A stretch of DNA of 64,000 nt from Endomicrobium sp. (GTDB lineage Bacteria > Elusimicrobiota > Endomicrobiia > Endomicrobiales > Endomicrobiaceae). The notes under the pieces were generated by a model. That model ran no database searches, was not told the DNA's origin, and saw only the letters and a list, made by a program, of their open reading frames with translations. Shown here one piece after another: positions 22,855-31,501 of this stretch. The position numbers and the translations under genes were made by a program. The first letter of the stretch is position 1. Each line of letters opens with the position of its first letter. The DNA lies in assembly GCA_031261715.1 (NCBI GenBank), contig JAISJB010000005.1, positions 26,651 through 90,650 on the forward strand, read 5' to 3'.

Positions 22855-24369
22855 TTACTTATTAAAAAGTTTAACAGCCTTCGATTGGAATTTTGTAGCT
22901 ATATCTAATATATATTTAGGTGTCTCGTTCTTTATATTTATATTATTAACCTCTGTTTTTTTCATATTATTTTTAATTTTTATTTGTATATTTTGATTAT
23001 TAGTTTGCTCTTTGAATAACTGTAAGATTAACTCTTGAAAATCTAAAATTGCCTCATAATCAAATTGTGTATGTGCTGATAATTGTATTGTATAATGATC
23101 TATTACTTCAATTGAGATATTTTTCAAAGCTTGAGCAGTCAATGGATGTCCTGTTATTAGTTTATTAACAATTGCATTCCATATTGTAAGCAAACTGGAT
23201 TTAGATGTCATTGAACTAATTTGCTCTACTCCTTCTGTTTGTTTAATAACTTTATCTATTTTATTTATCAATTCATTAATATTATAATATGGTTCGGCAA
23301 TTTTAATAAGAAACATTTCCAAAATAATGTTTAAGTTATCATTGTGTTCTTTCATCACATCAATAGCTTTTGAAAGTAAATTGCTTATATGTATATGACG
23401 TGAAACAGAAAAAAAAGTCTTTTGTACTTCAATACTCTTTTTCTCTTCTTCATTAATTTTTACCAAGTCTTTATCTATTGAATAAAGCATAAGTATTCTG
23501 AAATGGGTTTTTAAGTCTTGTATAAATTGCAATATGTTGTAACCATATTGAACTATATTGGCTATAAGATGTAACATTTGTTTTATATCATTATTTGCAA
23601 TATAATTTATCATAGCAATAACTATTTTTTTTGGAGTAAACCCTAGTAATTTTCTTATATCATCTCCATTTATATCATGACTACTTTTAACGTTATAAAT
23701 TTGATCTAAGATATTCAATGCATCTCTCATGGAACCATAAGAATATGACGTAATAATATCAATAGCTTCATTCGTTATATTTAGTCCTTCTTTAGATGCA
23801 ATTCGTGTTATTTCATTGTTTAATTTTAAAGGTGTTATTAACATAAATTTATATATTTGACATCTTGATAAAATGGTAATAGGAATTTTATTTTGTGCAG
23901 TGGTAGCTAAGATAAAAATAACATGTTTAGGGGGTTCTTCCATTGTTTTTAACAAGGCATTAAAGGCCTGCGTAGTAATTTGATGAGCTTCATCTATAAT
24001 ATAAATTTTATAGAATGAGTTTGCGTTTGCAAATTTAGTATTTCCTACTAAGGATCTTATTTCATCAATACCATTATTGGAGGCTCCATCTATTTCTAAT
24101 ACATCTATATTATTCCCATTCGATATACTTATACAATTATAACATGCACCACATGGATGTACAGTTGGTCCTTTTTGACAATTTAATGCTTTAGCAAAAA
24201 TTCTAGCCATACTCGTTTTTCCACAGCCTCGATTGCCACTAAATAAATAAGCATTAGCAATACGCCTATCTCTAATTGCATTTTTAAGAATTTGACATAT
24301 ATAATCTTGTCCAATGATGTCATCAAAAGTTTGAGGTCTAAACTTATTAGCTAACATTACATATGACAT
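22855..24369 (-). CDS. dnaX: DNA polymerase III subunit gamma/tau
   Basis: KFRPQTF, GNRGCGKTS Walker A, Zn Cys cluster, IIDEAH, AFNALLKTMEEPP, SRC motif. Confidence 0.96.
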   Translation of the reverse strand: MSYVMLANKFRPQTFDDIIGQDYICQILKNAIRDRRIANAYLFSGNRGCGKTSMARIFAKALNCQKGPTVHPCGACYNCISISNGNNIDVLEIDGASNNGIDEIRSLVGNTKFANANSFYKIYIIDEAHQITTQAFNALLKTMEEPPKHVIFILATTAQNKIPITILSRCQIYKFMLITPLKLNNEITRIASKEGLNITNEAIDIITSYSYGSMRDALNILDQIYNVKSSHDINGDDIRKLLGFTPKKIVIAMINYIANNDIKQMLHLIANIVQYGYNILQFIQDLKTHFRILMLYSIDKDLVKINEEEKKSIEVQKTFFSVSRHIHISNLLSKAIDVMKEHNDNLNIILEMFLIKIAEPYYNINELINKIDKVIKQTEGVEQISSMTSKSSLLTIWNAIVNKLITGHPLTAQALKNISIEVIDHYTIQLSAHTQFDYEAILDFQELILQLFKEQTNNQNIQIKIKNNMKKTEVNNINIKNETPKYILDIATKFQSKAVKLFNK

Positions 24370-24422
24370 ATATATACTCCTTAAAATATTTAATAAATTT
24401 ATATAATTATTGTTAATTGAAC

Positions 24423-24495
24423 GGGGCTATAATTTAAATTGGCAAAATATATCGTTCGCAACGATATTATGCGGGTTCAAGTCCCGCTAGCTCCA
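24423..24495 (+). tRNA. tRNA-Ala(CGC)
   Basis: Manual cloverleaf: acceptor GGGGCTA/TAGCTCC with G3:U70, anticodon arm TATCG-TT CGC AA-CGATA, T arm GCGGG-TTCAAGT-CCCGC, discriminator A; all A:U D-stem; CCA not encoded. Confidence 0.9.
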
Positions 24496-24515
24496 ATATA
24501 TAATATTGTTTATTA

Positions 24516-26588
24516 TTATGTTCCTAAATTCAACAACGTACCTATTTTAAAAGTAAGAAATGATAAGAGCCATGCTAACGCAGTATTGCCAAACAACATT
24601 AGTGTAAACCATTTATATTTTCCTTTTTCTATTTCTTTACAAAATATTAACATTGATGTTATACACGGAACATATGTTAAACAAAAAATTATAAATGTTA
24701 CGCCTTGTAATATAGACCAATCTTGACTATTATGTATTTTATCTTTAAGACACACATGTTTATTGCTATTATTAACAGAGTACATAGTACTTAAAGTGCT
24801 TATTACCATTTCTTTAGCAATAAGCCCAGATAGTAAAGCAATTGCTTTATTTCCATCCATACCTATAGGCTTAAATATAGGATTAATAATTTTAATAGAA
24901 TATTCTACTATATTATGATACGAATGCGTTAATGTAAATGTAAACATTCCCCATACAAATAAAGAAGTTAAAACAACTATAGTCCAAGCTTTGCGAATAT
25001 ATAACCAACTTCGTTCCCACATTTTTAATAATAACCCGCTTAATTTAGGCAAATGATATGGTGGCAATTCCATAATGAAATGACTATAATAATCTTTTGA
25101 TATAATTTTACTTAAAACTTTAGATATGCTTAAAGCAACTATAATACTTACAATGTATAGACAAAACATAACAATAGTTTGATATTTATAAGAAAAAAGT
25201 GCTTTAATAATCAGCATGCACACAGGAATCTTAGCCCCACATATCATGTATGGTACAATGAACATAGTTATAATACGATCTCGTTTGGACTCTAAAGTTC
25301 TTGTAGCTAGCATTCCTGGAACAGCGCATCCATTAGTTGCAATAATTAATGGTAAAAATGATTTTCCAGTTAGTCCAAATTTATTAAGTATTTTATCCAT
25401 TATGAATGAAGCTCTTGCCATATATCCTGAATCTTCGAAAAATGCTATTGAAAAAAACATAAACAAAAGTACAGGAAAAAAACTAAAGACTCCACCTATT
25501 CCCCCAATAAATCCATCAACAATAAGAGACTTAAGTACACTATTTTGAATCAAATTAGACATTTTAAATGAAAGAAATTTAAAAAATAAATTAAACAAAT
25601 TAACCACTGGTTCAGAAAAAGCAAATGTAAACTTAAAAATTATATAAATAATAATAAGTAAAATTGGAATACAACAATATTTATTTAAAACATAATCATC
25701 TATTATTTCATTAATATCTATTTGTTTTATAGATTGTTTATTAATAGTCATCTTAACAACAGCTTTAGCAAAGCCATAACGCTTGTTTGCTATTTCTACT
25801 TCAATTTTTGTATTAAAATGTTCTATTATATGTCTTCTACTTTTTTCAACTTGCTGTAATATTTCTGCTTTATTCTGAAATATATTGATTAATTTGATTG
25901 CTAAAGTATCTTTTTCCAATAATTTGATAATAAACCAAGTTTTATGAATTTTATTAATAAAATCTTTATTTTTTGCAAGTAACTTATAAACTTTATCAAT
26001 TTCGCATATAATATCCTCTCCATAATCAACTTTGGCTGAAGATATATGTTTATTATTATAAAGATGTATTATATGCTTTAAAAAATTTGTATCAATGCCA
26101 ATTTTTTTATGTGCAATTATTGGAAATACAGATAAGCCTAAAATATTAGACATTTGATTAATATTAATACTTTTATGTTTAGCTTGTAGAAGATCAAGCA
26201 TATTTAACATAATAATAACATTTTTGTTCAGTTCTATTATTTGTGTAAATAAATATAAATTACGTTCTAAATTAGAAGAGTCTATAACATATATTATAAC
26301 ATCTACTTGTTCATTCAAAAGAAAGTTTACTGTTATTTTTGCATCATCAGTATAAGATGATAAACTATATATTCCAGGTAAATCAACAAAATGTATAGCA
26401 TAATTTTTATATTTTTTTATACCTATTGTTTTATCTATAGTAACACCAGGATAATTACCAACATATTGTGTGGCACCTGTAACAATATTAAAAATAGTAG
26501 ATTTGCCTACATTAGGATTGCCAACAAGAGCTACTATAATGTTTTTGTTATAGTTTATTTGTGAATTTTGCCCAAATAATTTACTCAT
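24516..26588 (-). CDS. feoB: Ferrous iron transporter B
   Basis: GNPNVGKST, GNYPGVT, DLPGIYS, LERNLY, EDSGYMAR, GCAVP, FIMELPPY, LTYVPC. Confidence 0.97.
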   Translation of the reverse strand: MSKLFGQNSQINYNKNIIVALVGNPNVGKSTIFNIVTGATQYVGNYPGVTIDKTIGIKKYKNYAIHFVDLPGIYSLSSYTDDAKITVNFLLNEQVDVIIYVIDSSNLERNLYLFTQIIELNKNVIIMLNMLDLLQAKHKSININQMSNILGLSVFPIIAHKKIGIDTNFLKHIIHLYNNKHISSAKVDYGEDIICEIDKVYKLLAKNKDFINKIHKTWFIIKLLEKDTLAIKLINIFQNKAEILQQVEKSRRHIIEHFNTKIEVEIANKRYGFAKAVVKMTINKQSIKQIDINEIIDDYVLNKYCCIPILLIIIYIIFKFTFAFSEPVVNLFNLFFKFLSFKMSNLIQNSVLKSLIVDGFIGGIGGVFSFFPVLLFMFFSIAFFEDSGYMARASFIMDKILNKFGLTGKSFLPLIIATNGCAVPGMLATRTLESKRDRIITMFIVPYMICGAKIPVCMLIIKALFSYKYQTIVMFCLYIVSIIVALSISKVLSKIISKDYYSHFIMELPPYHLPKLSGLLLKMWERSWLYIRKAWTIVVLTSLFVWGMFTFTLTHSYHNIVEYSIKIINPIFKPIGMDGNKAIALLSGLIAKEMVISTLSTMYSVNNSNKHVCLKDKIHNSQDWSILQGVTFIIFCLTYVPCITSMLIFCKEIEKGKYKWFTLMLFGNTALAWLLSFLTFKIGTLLNLGT

Positions 26589-26939
26589 TTAAATCTTTTT
26601 AACTAATATCCTTTTAGCAACATTATAATTAAGAGCTATTCTTGTTTCTCTTATTTTAATTATTATATTCCCACCTAATCCATTATTATTAATAACAAGA
26701 ACTTCCGTTCCAGTAACAAAACCCATTTCAAGAAGTTTGTATTCCAACGTATCATCACAACATATCATAACGAATTCATAAGTTCCAAATTGCACATCAG
26801 TCAATTTTATTATGGCACTATGATTAGTACATTGTAAACATTTATTAAATCCTTTTACTTTCCTAAGATACAGAAATAATAAACGTTTGTAACAACGTTG
26901 TCTTAAAATCTTAATATAGTTTTTTAAATTAAAGCTCAT
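26589..26939 (-). CDS. feoA: FeoA family protein with N-terminal extension
   Basis: KLLEMGFVTGTEV...IKIRETRIAL...AKRILV; abuts feoB. Confidence 0.88.
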   Translation of the reverse strand: MSFNLKNYIKILRQRCYKRLLFLYLRKVKGFNKCLQCTNHSAIIKLTDVQFGTYEFVMICCDDTLEYKLLEMGFVTGTEVLVINNNGLGGNIIIKIRETRIALNYNVAKRILVKKI

Positions 26940-27400
26940 TTCTTGTAAACAAGATTTGTATGTAAACTATTGATAGCTTTATTTATATTAACTTCTTTAA
27001 CTAAGAATGATATCCTAATTTCACTTGATGAAACCATAGCAATGTCTATATTTTCTTTATATAGTATTTCAAATATTTGTGCCAAGAGATTAGTATTATT
27101 TTTTAGTCCTATACCTATAATAGATATTTTCGCTACATGTTGATCAAAAATAATATTACACATTTTTGGTAACATTTGCTTTAATTCTATGTTTGTTTTT
27201 TTCACATCATCTTTCTTAACAGTAAATGCTATTGTATTAACTGGTTTAACAAGTATATCTATCATATCTATATTTACATTGTTTTGTGATAATGTACTTA
27301 AAATGTTATTTGTACATTGTAATACATTCTCATTATTCATTATTATAAAGTGAGCTTGATCTTTATCAAACGTTATACTAGAAATTGACAAACCTTCCAT
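26936..27400 (-). CDS. Putative nested in-frame aspartate kinase beta subunit (154 aa)
   Basis: Internal AGGAGA-ATTAAT-ATG (MEGLSISS...) exactly at the catalytic/ACT domain boundary. Confidence 0.7.
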   Translation of the reverse strand: MEGLSISSITFDKDQAHFIIMNNENVLQCTNNILSTLSQNNVNIDMIDILVKPVNTIAFTVKKDDVKKTNIELKQMLPKMCNIIFDQHVAKISIIGIGLKNNTNLLAQIFEILYKENIDIAMVSSSEIRISFLVKEVNINKAINSLHTNLVYKK

Positions 27401-28150
27401 ATTAATTCTCCTAAGTTGATTGTCAGAAGTTATTAATGTTCCACAATTATTACTAAAAGTTCCTTTTGCATATATATCAATATTATATCTTTTAGCTATT
27501 GCTACACTTCGAACTTGTAAAACTTGTGCTCCTGTACTTGACATCTCGAGCATTTCGTCATAAGAAATACAATTTATTTTTTTTGCTTCTTTTATAATTC
27601 TTGGATCTGTTGTATAAATTCCATCAACATCAGAATATATTTCGCAATAATCAACTTTTAAAACTGCAGCTAGTGCTACAGCTGTTAAATCAGACCCTCC
27701 TCTACCTAAAGTTGTTATGTTTCCTTCAGTATTTAATGCTTGAAATCCAGCTACTATTACAATGTTATGTTTTTTTATATTATTTATAACTTTTTGTGTG
27801 TCTATACTAATGATTTTTGCATTTGTATATTCGTTAGTTGCAATAATCCCTGCCTTTGGTCCTGTTAATGCAATTACATTTTCTCCAAGTGAATGTAGTA
27901 CTATTTCTAAAAGTGAAATTGAAATTATTTCTCCAGTAGCCAATAACATATCCATTGCTCTTAATGAAGGTTCTTTTGTAATACTGTATGCCATTTCAAC
28001 CAATTCATCAGTTTTATCTCCTGGAGCAGAAACAACAACTATAATTTTATTATTTGATTGTTTTTTATCTATAATTAATCTAGCAACATGTTTAATTTTT
28101 TTTATGTCTGATACAGAAGAACCACCAAATTTCATAACTACTAAAGGCAT
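26936..28150 (-). CDS. lysC: Aspartate kinase (alpha subunit)
   Basis: VMKFGGSSV, VVSAPGDKTDEL, TTLGRGGSD, DVDGIYTTDPR, two C-terminal ACT domains. Confidence 0.96.
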   Translation of the reverse strand: MPLVVMKFGGSSVSDIKKIKHVARLIIDKKQSNNKIIVVVSAPGDKTDELVEMAYSITKEPSLRAMDMLLATGEIISISLLEIVLHSLGENVIALTGPKAGIIATNEYTNAKIISIDTQKVINNIKKHNIVIVAGFQALNTEGNITTLGRGGSDLTAVALAAVLKVDYCEIYSDVDGIYTTDPRIIKEAKKINCISYDEMLEMSSTGAQVLQVRSVAIAKRYNIDIYAKGTFSNNCGTLITSDNQLRRINMEGLSISSITFDKDQAHFIIMNNENVLQCTNNILSTLSQNNVNIDMIDILVKPVNTIAFTVKKDDVKKTNIELKQMLPKMCNIIFDQHVAKISIIGIGLKNNTNLLAQIFEILYKENIDIAMVSSSEIRISFLVKEVNINKAINSLHTNLVYKK

Positions 28151-28181
28151 TATCGTTTTTCTCCTTATTTAATAGCCAACA

Positions 28182-28412
28182 TTACACTGTTTGAACTTTT
28201 TTTATTTCTGGTGCAAACTCTTTAATTGTTTTTGTAATGCTATACTGCATAGTTAGGTTTGACATAGGACATTTTTTGCATGTACCTATTAATTTAACTT
28301 TGACAATACCCTCCTGACAATTTACATCAACAAGTTCAACGTCTCCACCATCAGCTTTTAAATGAATTCTAATATTATTTAAAGCTTGCTCAACTTTCTG
28401 TTTAGTCGTCAT
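28182..28412 (-). CDS. NifU C-terminal (Nfu-type) Fe-S carrier
   Basis: IRIHLKADGGDVELV...GTCKKCPMS (CxxC); SD AGGAGA. Confidence 0.92.
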   Translation of the reverse strand: MTTKQKVEQALNNIRIHLKADGGDVELVDVNCQEGIVKVKLIGTCKKCPMSNLTMQYSITKTIKEFAPEIKKVQTV

Positions 28413-28447
28413 AATTAAAATTTATTCTCCTTCTTTTTAAAATTTAT

Positions 28448-28521
28448 CGCGCCCAAGAGGATTTGAACCTCTAACCTTTTGATTCGTAGTCAAATACTCT
28501 ATCCAATTGAGCTATGGGCGC
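28448..28521 (-). tRNA. tRNA-Arg(ACG)
   Basis: Reverse complement GCGCCCATAGCTCAATTGGATAGAGTATTTGACTACGAATCAAAAGGTTAGAGGTTCAAATCCTCTTGGGCGCG folds as a cloverleaf. Confidence 0.96.
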
Positions 28522-28530
28522 AACTACAAC

Positions 28531-28604
28531 TGCTGTCAACGGGATTTGAACCCATGATCTTTGCCTTGAGAGAGCAATGTCCTAAGCCACTAGACGATGA
28601 CAGC
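28531..28604 (-). tRNA. tRNA-Glu(CTC)
   Basis: Reverse complement GCTGTCATCGTCTAGTGGCTTAGGACATTGCTCTCTCAAGGCAAAGATCATGGGTTCAAATCCCGTTGACAGCA; anticodon CTC. Confidence 0.93.
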
Positions 28605-28717
28605 ATATACTAAACTATATCACATATTATATAATAATATTTTAATATCTTGCATAATATTTAGTAAATTCATAGAATAGAATTCTAATAAATTTAAATA
28701 GTAGGGATATCAGTAAG

Positions 28718-30184
28718 ATGAGTAAGTTTTTAGGAAATTCATTGACTTTTGATGATGTTTTGTTAGTGCCACGATACTCTGATGTACTCCCTAAAGATGT
28801 TGATCTGACTACTAACTTGACAAGAACCATTAAACTTAAAATTCCAATAATTAGTGCTGGTATGGATACAGTAACAGAAGCAGATTTAGCTATAGCTATT
28901 GCACGAGCCGGTGGGCTTGGCGTAATACATAAAAATATGTCTATTGATTTACAAGCAAAAGAAGTTGATAAAGTTAAAAAAGCAGGCGGACATATTATAT
29001 ATAACCCTATTACTTTAAAACAAGATACTTATGTAAGTAAAGTAAAAAAACTTTTCAAAAAATATCAAATTTCATGTATGCCTATAGTAAATTGTAATAA
29101 CAAATTATTAGGTATTGTTACGATTAGAGACATTCGTTTTGAAGATAATAATACAAAAGTTTATACAATAATGACAAAGAAACATTTAATTACTACTGAA
29201 CTTGGCACATCATTAAAAAAAGCTAAAGAAATATTAAAACAGAATAAAATTGAGAAATTGCCTATTGTTGATGATGAGTTTAAATTACAAGGATTGATTA
29301 CAGCAAAAGATATAGAGAATAACTTACATTTTCCTAATGCTTCAAAAGATAAAATGGGCAATTTACTAGTAGGAGCAGCAATAGGAATCACAAATGATAT
29401 GTTTGAGCGTATAAAAAAATTGATTAAAGCAAAGGTTGATGTGTTAGTTATAGACACAGCACATGGGCATAGTTTGAAAGTTATTAATGCTATCAAGCAA
29501 ATCAAGGAAAAATTGCCTACAATTCAATTAATAGCCGGAAATATAGCTACTGCAACAGCAGCAAAAGACTTAATAAAAGCAGGTGTAGATGCAATTAAGG
29601 TTGGGATAGGTCCTGGGGCAATATGTACAACTAGGATTATTACAGGGGTTGGAATACCTCAAATTAAAGCTATTCATGATTGTGCTAAGATTGCCCTAAA
29701 TTACAATATTCCACTAATTGCAGATGGAGGTATTAAATATTCTGGAGACATTGCTAAAGCTTTAGCTGCAGGCGCAAGCACTTGTATGATAGGATTATTA
29801 CTTGCTGGGACAGATGAAAGTCCAAGCAAAGAGATAATTTATAATAATAAGATTTGTAAAGTATATCGTGGTATGGGTTCACATTCTGCTATGATAGCTG
29901 GTAGTAGTGATAGATATTTTCAAGATACTATTATTGATAATTATCAGAATACTAAATTAGTTGCAGAAGGAGTTGAAGGCTGTATTCCGTATCAAGGGAA
30001 AGTTAGTGATGTTATATATCAATTAATTGGAGGAATAAAAGCCTCTATGGGTTATTGTGGAGTCAAAACAATTAAAGATTTGCAACTATATAGTCAATTT
30101 ATAGGGGTAACTGCTGCAGGTATTACTGAAAATCATCCTCATAATATTTTTATTACAAAAGATGAATTAAATTATTCAAAGTAG
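28718..30184 (+). CDS. guaB: IMP dehydrogenase
   Basis: [19 protein letters not shown] pair, [29 protein letters not shown]. Confidence 0.98.
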   Translation: MSKFLGNSLTFDDVLLVPRYSDVLPKDVDLTTNLTRTIKLKIPIISAGMDTVTEADLAIAIARAGGLGVIHKNMSIDLQAKEVDKVKKAGGHIIYNPITLKQDTYVSKVKKLFKKYQISCMPIVNCNNKLLGIVTIRDIRFEDNNTKVYTIMTKKHLITTELGTSLKKAKEILKQNKIEKLPIVDDEFKLQGLITAKDIENNLHFPNASKDKMGNLLVGAAIGITNDMFERIKKLIKAKVDVLVIDTAHGHSLKVINAIKQIKEKLPTIQLIAGNIATATAAKDLIKAGVDAIKVGIGPGAICTTRIITGVGIPQIKAIHDCAKIALNYNIPLIADGGIKYSGDIAKALAAGASTCMIGLLLAGTDESPSKEIIYNNKICKVYRGMGSHSAMIAGSSDRYFQDTIIDNYQNTKLVAEGVEGCIPYQGKVSDVIYQLIGGIKASMGYCGVKTIKDLQLYSQFIGVTAAGITENHPHNIFITKDELNYSK

Positions 30185-30198
30185 AATAGTTTATTTCT

Positions 30199-30597
30199 TT
30201 ACCTTTTAGAAAATTGAAAGCGTTTTCTTGCCTTAGGTCTACCAGATTTTTTCCTTTCTACTGTTCTAGAATCTCGAGTTAGTAAGCCTTCTTTTTTAAG
30301 TATACCTTTCAACGATTCATCTAGCTTTAATAAAGCTTTAGATAAACCATGACTAATAGCCCCAGCTTGACCGCTTAATCCACCGCCAATGACATTTATA
30401 GAAAAACTATACTTGTTATTACTATTACATAGTGTAAGTGGATATAAAGCTACTTTTTTTAGCCTGTTTAATCCACCAAAATATTCTTCAATAGTTCTAC
30501 CATTTACTAGAATGTTATCCATATGTTTACCATTGTTTTTGATTCTTGCAATAGCTCTTTTCCTACGACCAGTACTTATATAATATAAAGAATTCAC
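30199..30597 (-). CDS. rpsI: 30S ribosomal protein S9
   Basis: TGRRKRAIAR, GGGLSGQAGAI, C-terminal KARKRFQFSKR; GTG start. Confidence 0.98.
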   Translation of the reverse strand: MNSLYYISTGRRKRAIARIKNNGKHMDNILVNGRTIEEYFGGLNRLKKVALYPLTLCNSNNKYSFSINVIGGGLSGQAGAISHGLSKALLKLDESLKGILKKEGLLTRDSRTVERKKSGRPKARKRFQFSKR

Positions 30598-30599
30598 GT

Positions 30600-31046
30600 T
30601 TACCTCTCTGTTTTATTTTGGTTACTAAGTTGTGCAATATGTTTATAATAATTGTTGTCTTTAAATATTCTCAATCTTTTCATTTGTTTATTAGCAAGTT
30701 TGTTCTTTTGTAACATTCCTTTAACAGCTGAGAATAAAGCTTTTTCTGGCGTTTTTTTCATTATAACAGAGTAAGGTGTCAGTTTTCCACCACCAGGGTA
30801 TCCAGAATAAGTAAAATACTTTTTTTGATCAAGTTTTTTTCCAGTCAAAACAATTCTACTTGCATTGATGACAATAACAAAATCTCCACAATCTATATGG
30901 TTAGTAAAAATAAGCTTATTTTTACCGTTTAGCAATCGTGCTATTTTAACTGCTAAACGCCCTAAAATTTGTGAAGTTGCATCTAGTATGTACCACTGTC
31001 TATCTATATGTTTTGGCAGATAAGTTTTAAATATCATGTTTTTCAC
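30600..31046 (-). CDS. rplM: 50S ribosomal protein L13
   Basis: WYILDA...LGRLA, DCGDFVIVINA, SGYPGG, AVKGML. Confidence 0.98.
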   Translation of the reverse strand: MKNMIFKTYLPKHIDRQWYILDATSQILGRLAVKIARLLNGKNKLIFTNHIDCGDFVIVINASRIVLTGKKLDQKKYFTYSGYPGGGKLTPYSVIMKKTPEKALFSAVKGMLQKNKLANKQMKRLRIFKDNNYYKHIAQLSNQNKTER

Positions 31047-31080
31047 ATCCTATTAAATAAAAAATTAATGTTTAGAATAA

Positions 31081-31153
31081 AGCGGGCGATGGGACTTGAA
31101 CCCACAATCTTATCGTTGGCAACGATATATTCTACCAATTGAACTACGCCCGC
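31081..31153 (-). tRNA. tRNA-Gly(GCC)
   Basis: Reverse complement GCGGGCGTAGTTCAATTGGTAGAATATATCGTTGCCAACGATAAGATTGTGGGTTCAAGTCCCATCGCCCGCT; U73 discriminator. Confidence 0.96.
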
Positions 31154-31162
31154 ATTTTTCTA

Positions 31163-31252
31163 TGCTGAGGGCGGGAATCGAACCCGCATCCTTTCTTTTT
31201 ATATAGGACACGCCCCTCAAACGTGTGCGTATGCCTATTCCGCCACCTCAGC
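31163..31252 (-). tRNA. tRNA-Leu(GAG), class II with long variable arm
   Basis: Reverse complement GCTGAGGTGGCGGAATAGGCATACGCACACGTTTGAGGGGCGTGTCCTATATAAAAAGAAAGGATGCGGGTTCGATTCCCGCCCTCAGCA; follows secG, as is common. Confidence 0.94.
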
Positions 31253-31262
31253 TTACTTTAAG

Positions 31263-31487
31263 TCACGTTAAATATTTTGTCATTAAGAATGCATTTAACA
31301 TAAATATACAAGATATAACTGCAGTAACTTTTTTTATAAATGATGTCCTTGTAGGAACATTAAAAATTTGCTGAGAGCCACTGCCAAATATATTAGTTAA
31401 ACCTACATTCACTCCTGATTGTAACAAAATTAAAAAAATTAATAAAAAACATATAATGTAATGAGCAATCTTTAAAATATTTATCAA
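31263..31487 (-). CDS. secG: Preprotein translocase subunit SecG
   Basis: HYIICFLLIFLILLQSG..GLTNIFGSGSQQIF plus second TM; likely TTG start at 31487 (the track start at 31553 overlaps fprA); secG-tRNA-Leu synteny. Confidence 0.9.
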   Translation of the reverse strand: MINILKIAHYIICFLLIFLILLQSGVNVGLTNIFGSGSQQIFNVPTRTSFIKKVTAVISCIFMLNAFLMTKYLT

Positions 31488-31501
31488 TATAAATTCTCTT
31501 A

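Noticed and set aside
24439-24726. 95-aa plus-strand ORF
   Set aside because: Overlaps tRNA-Ala and is antisense to the feoB 3' end; no recognisable motif.
29600-29640. GuaB active-site loop GPGAICTTR (Ser to Ala)
   Set aside because: The catalytic Cys and all other motifs are intact; a single conservative change is insufficient evidence of altered function.
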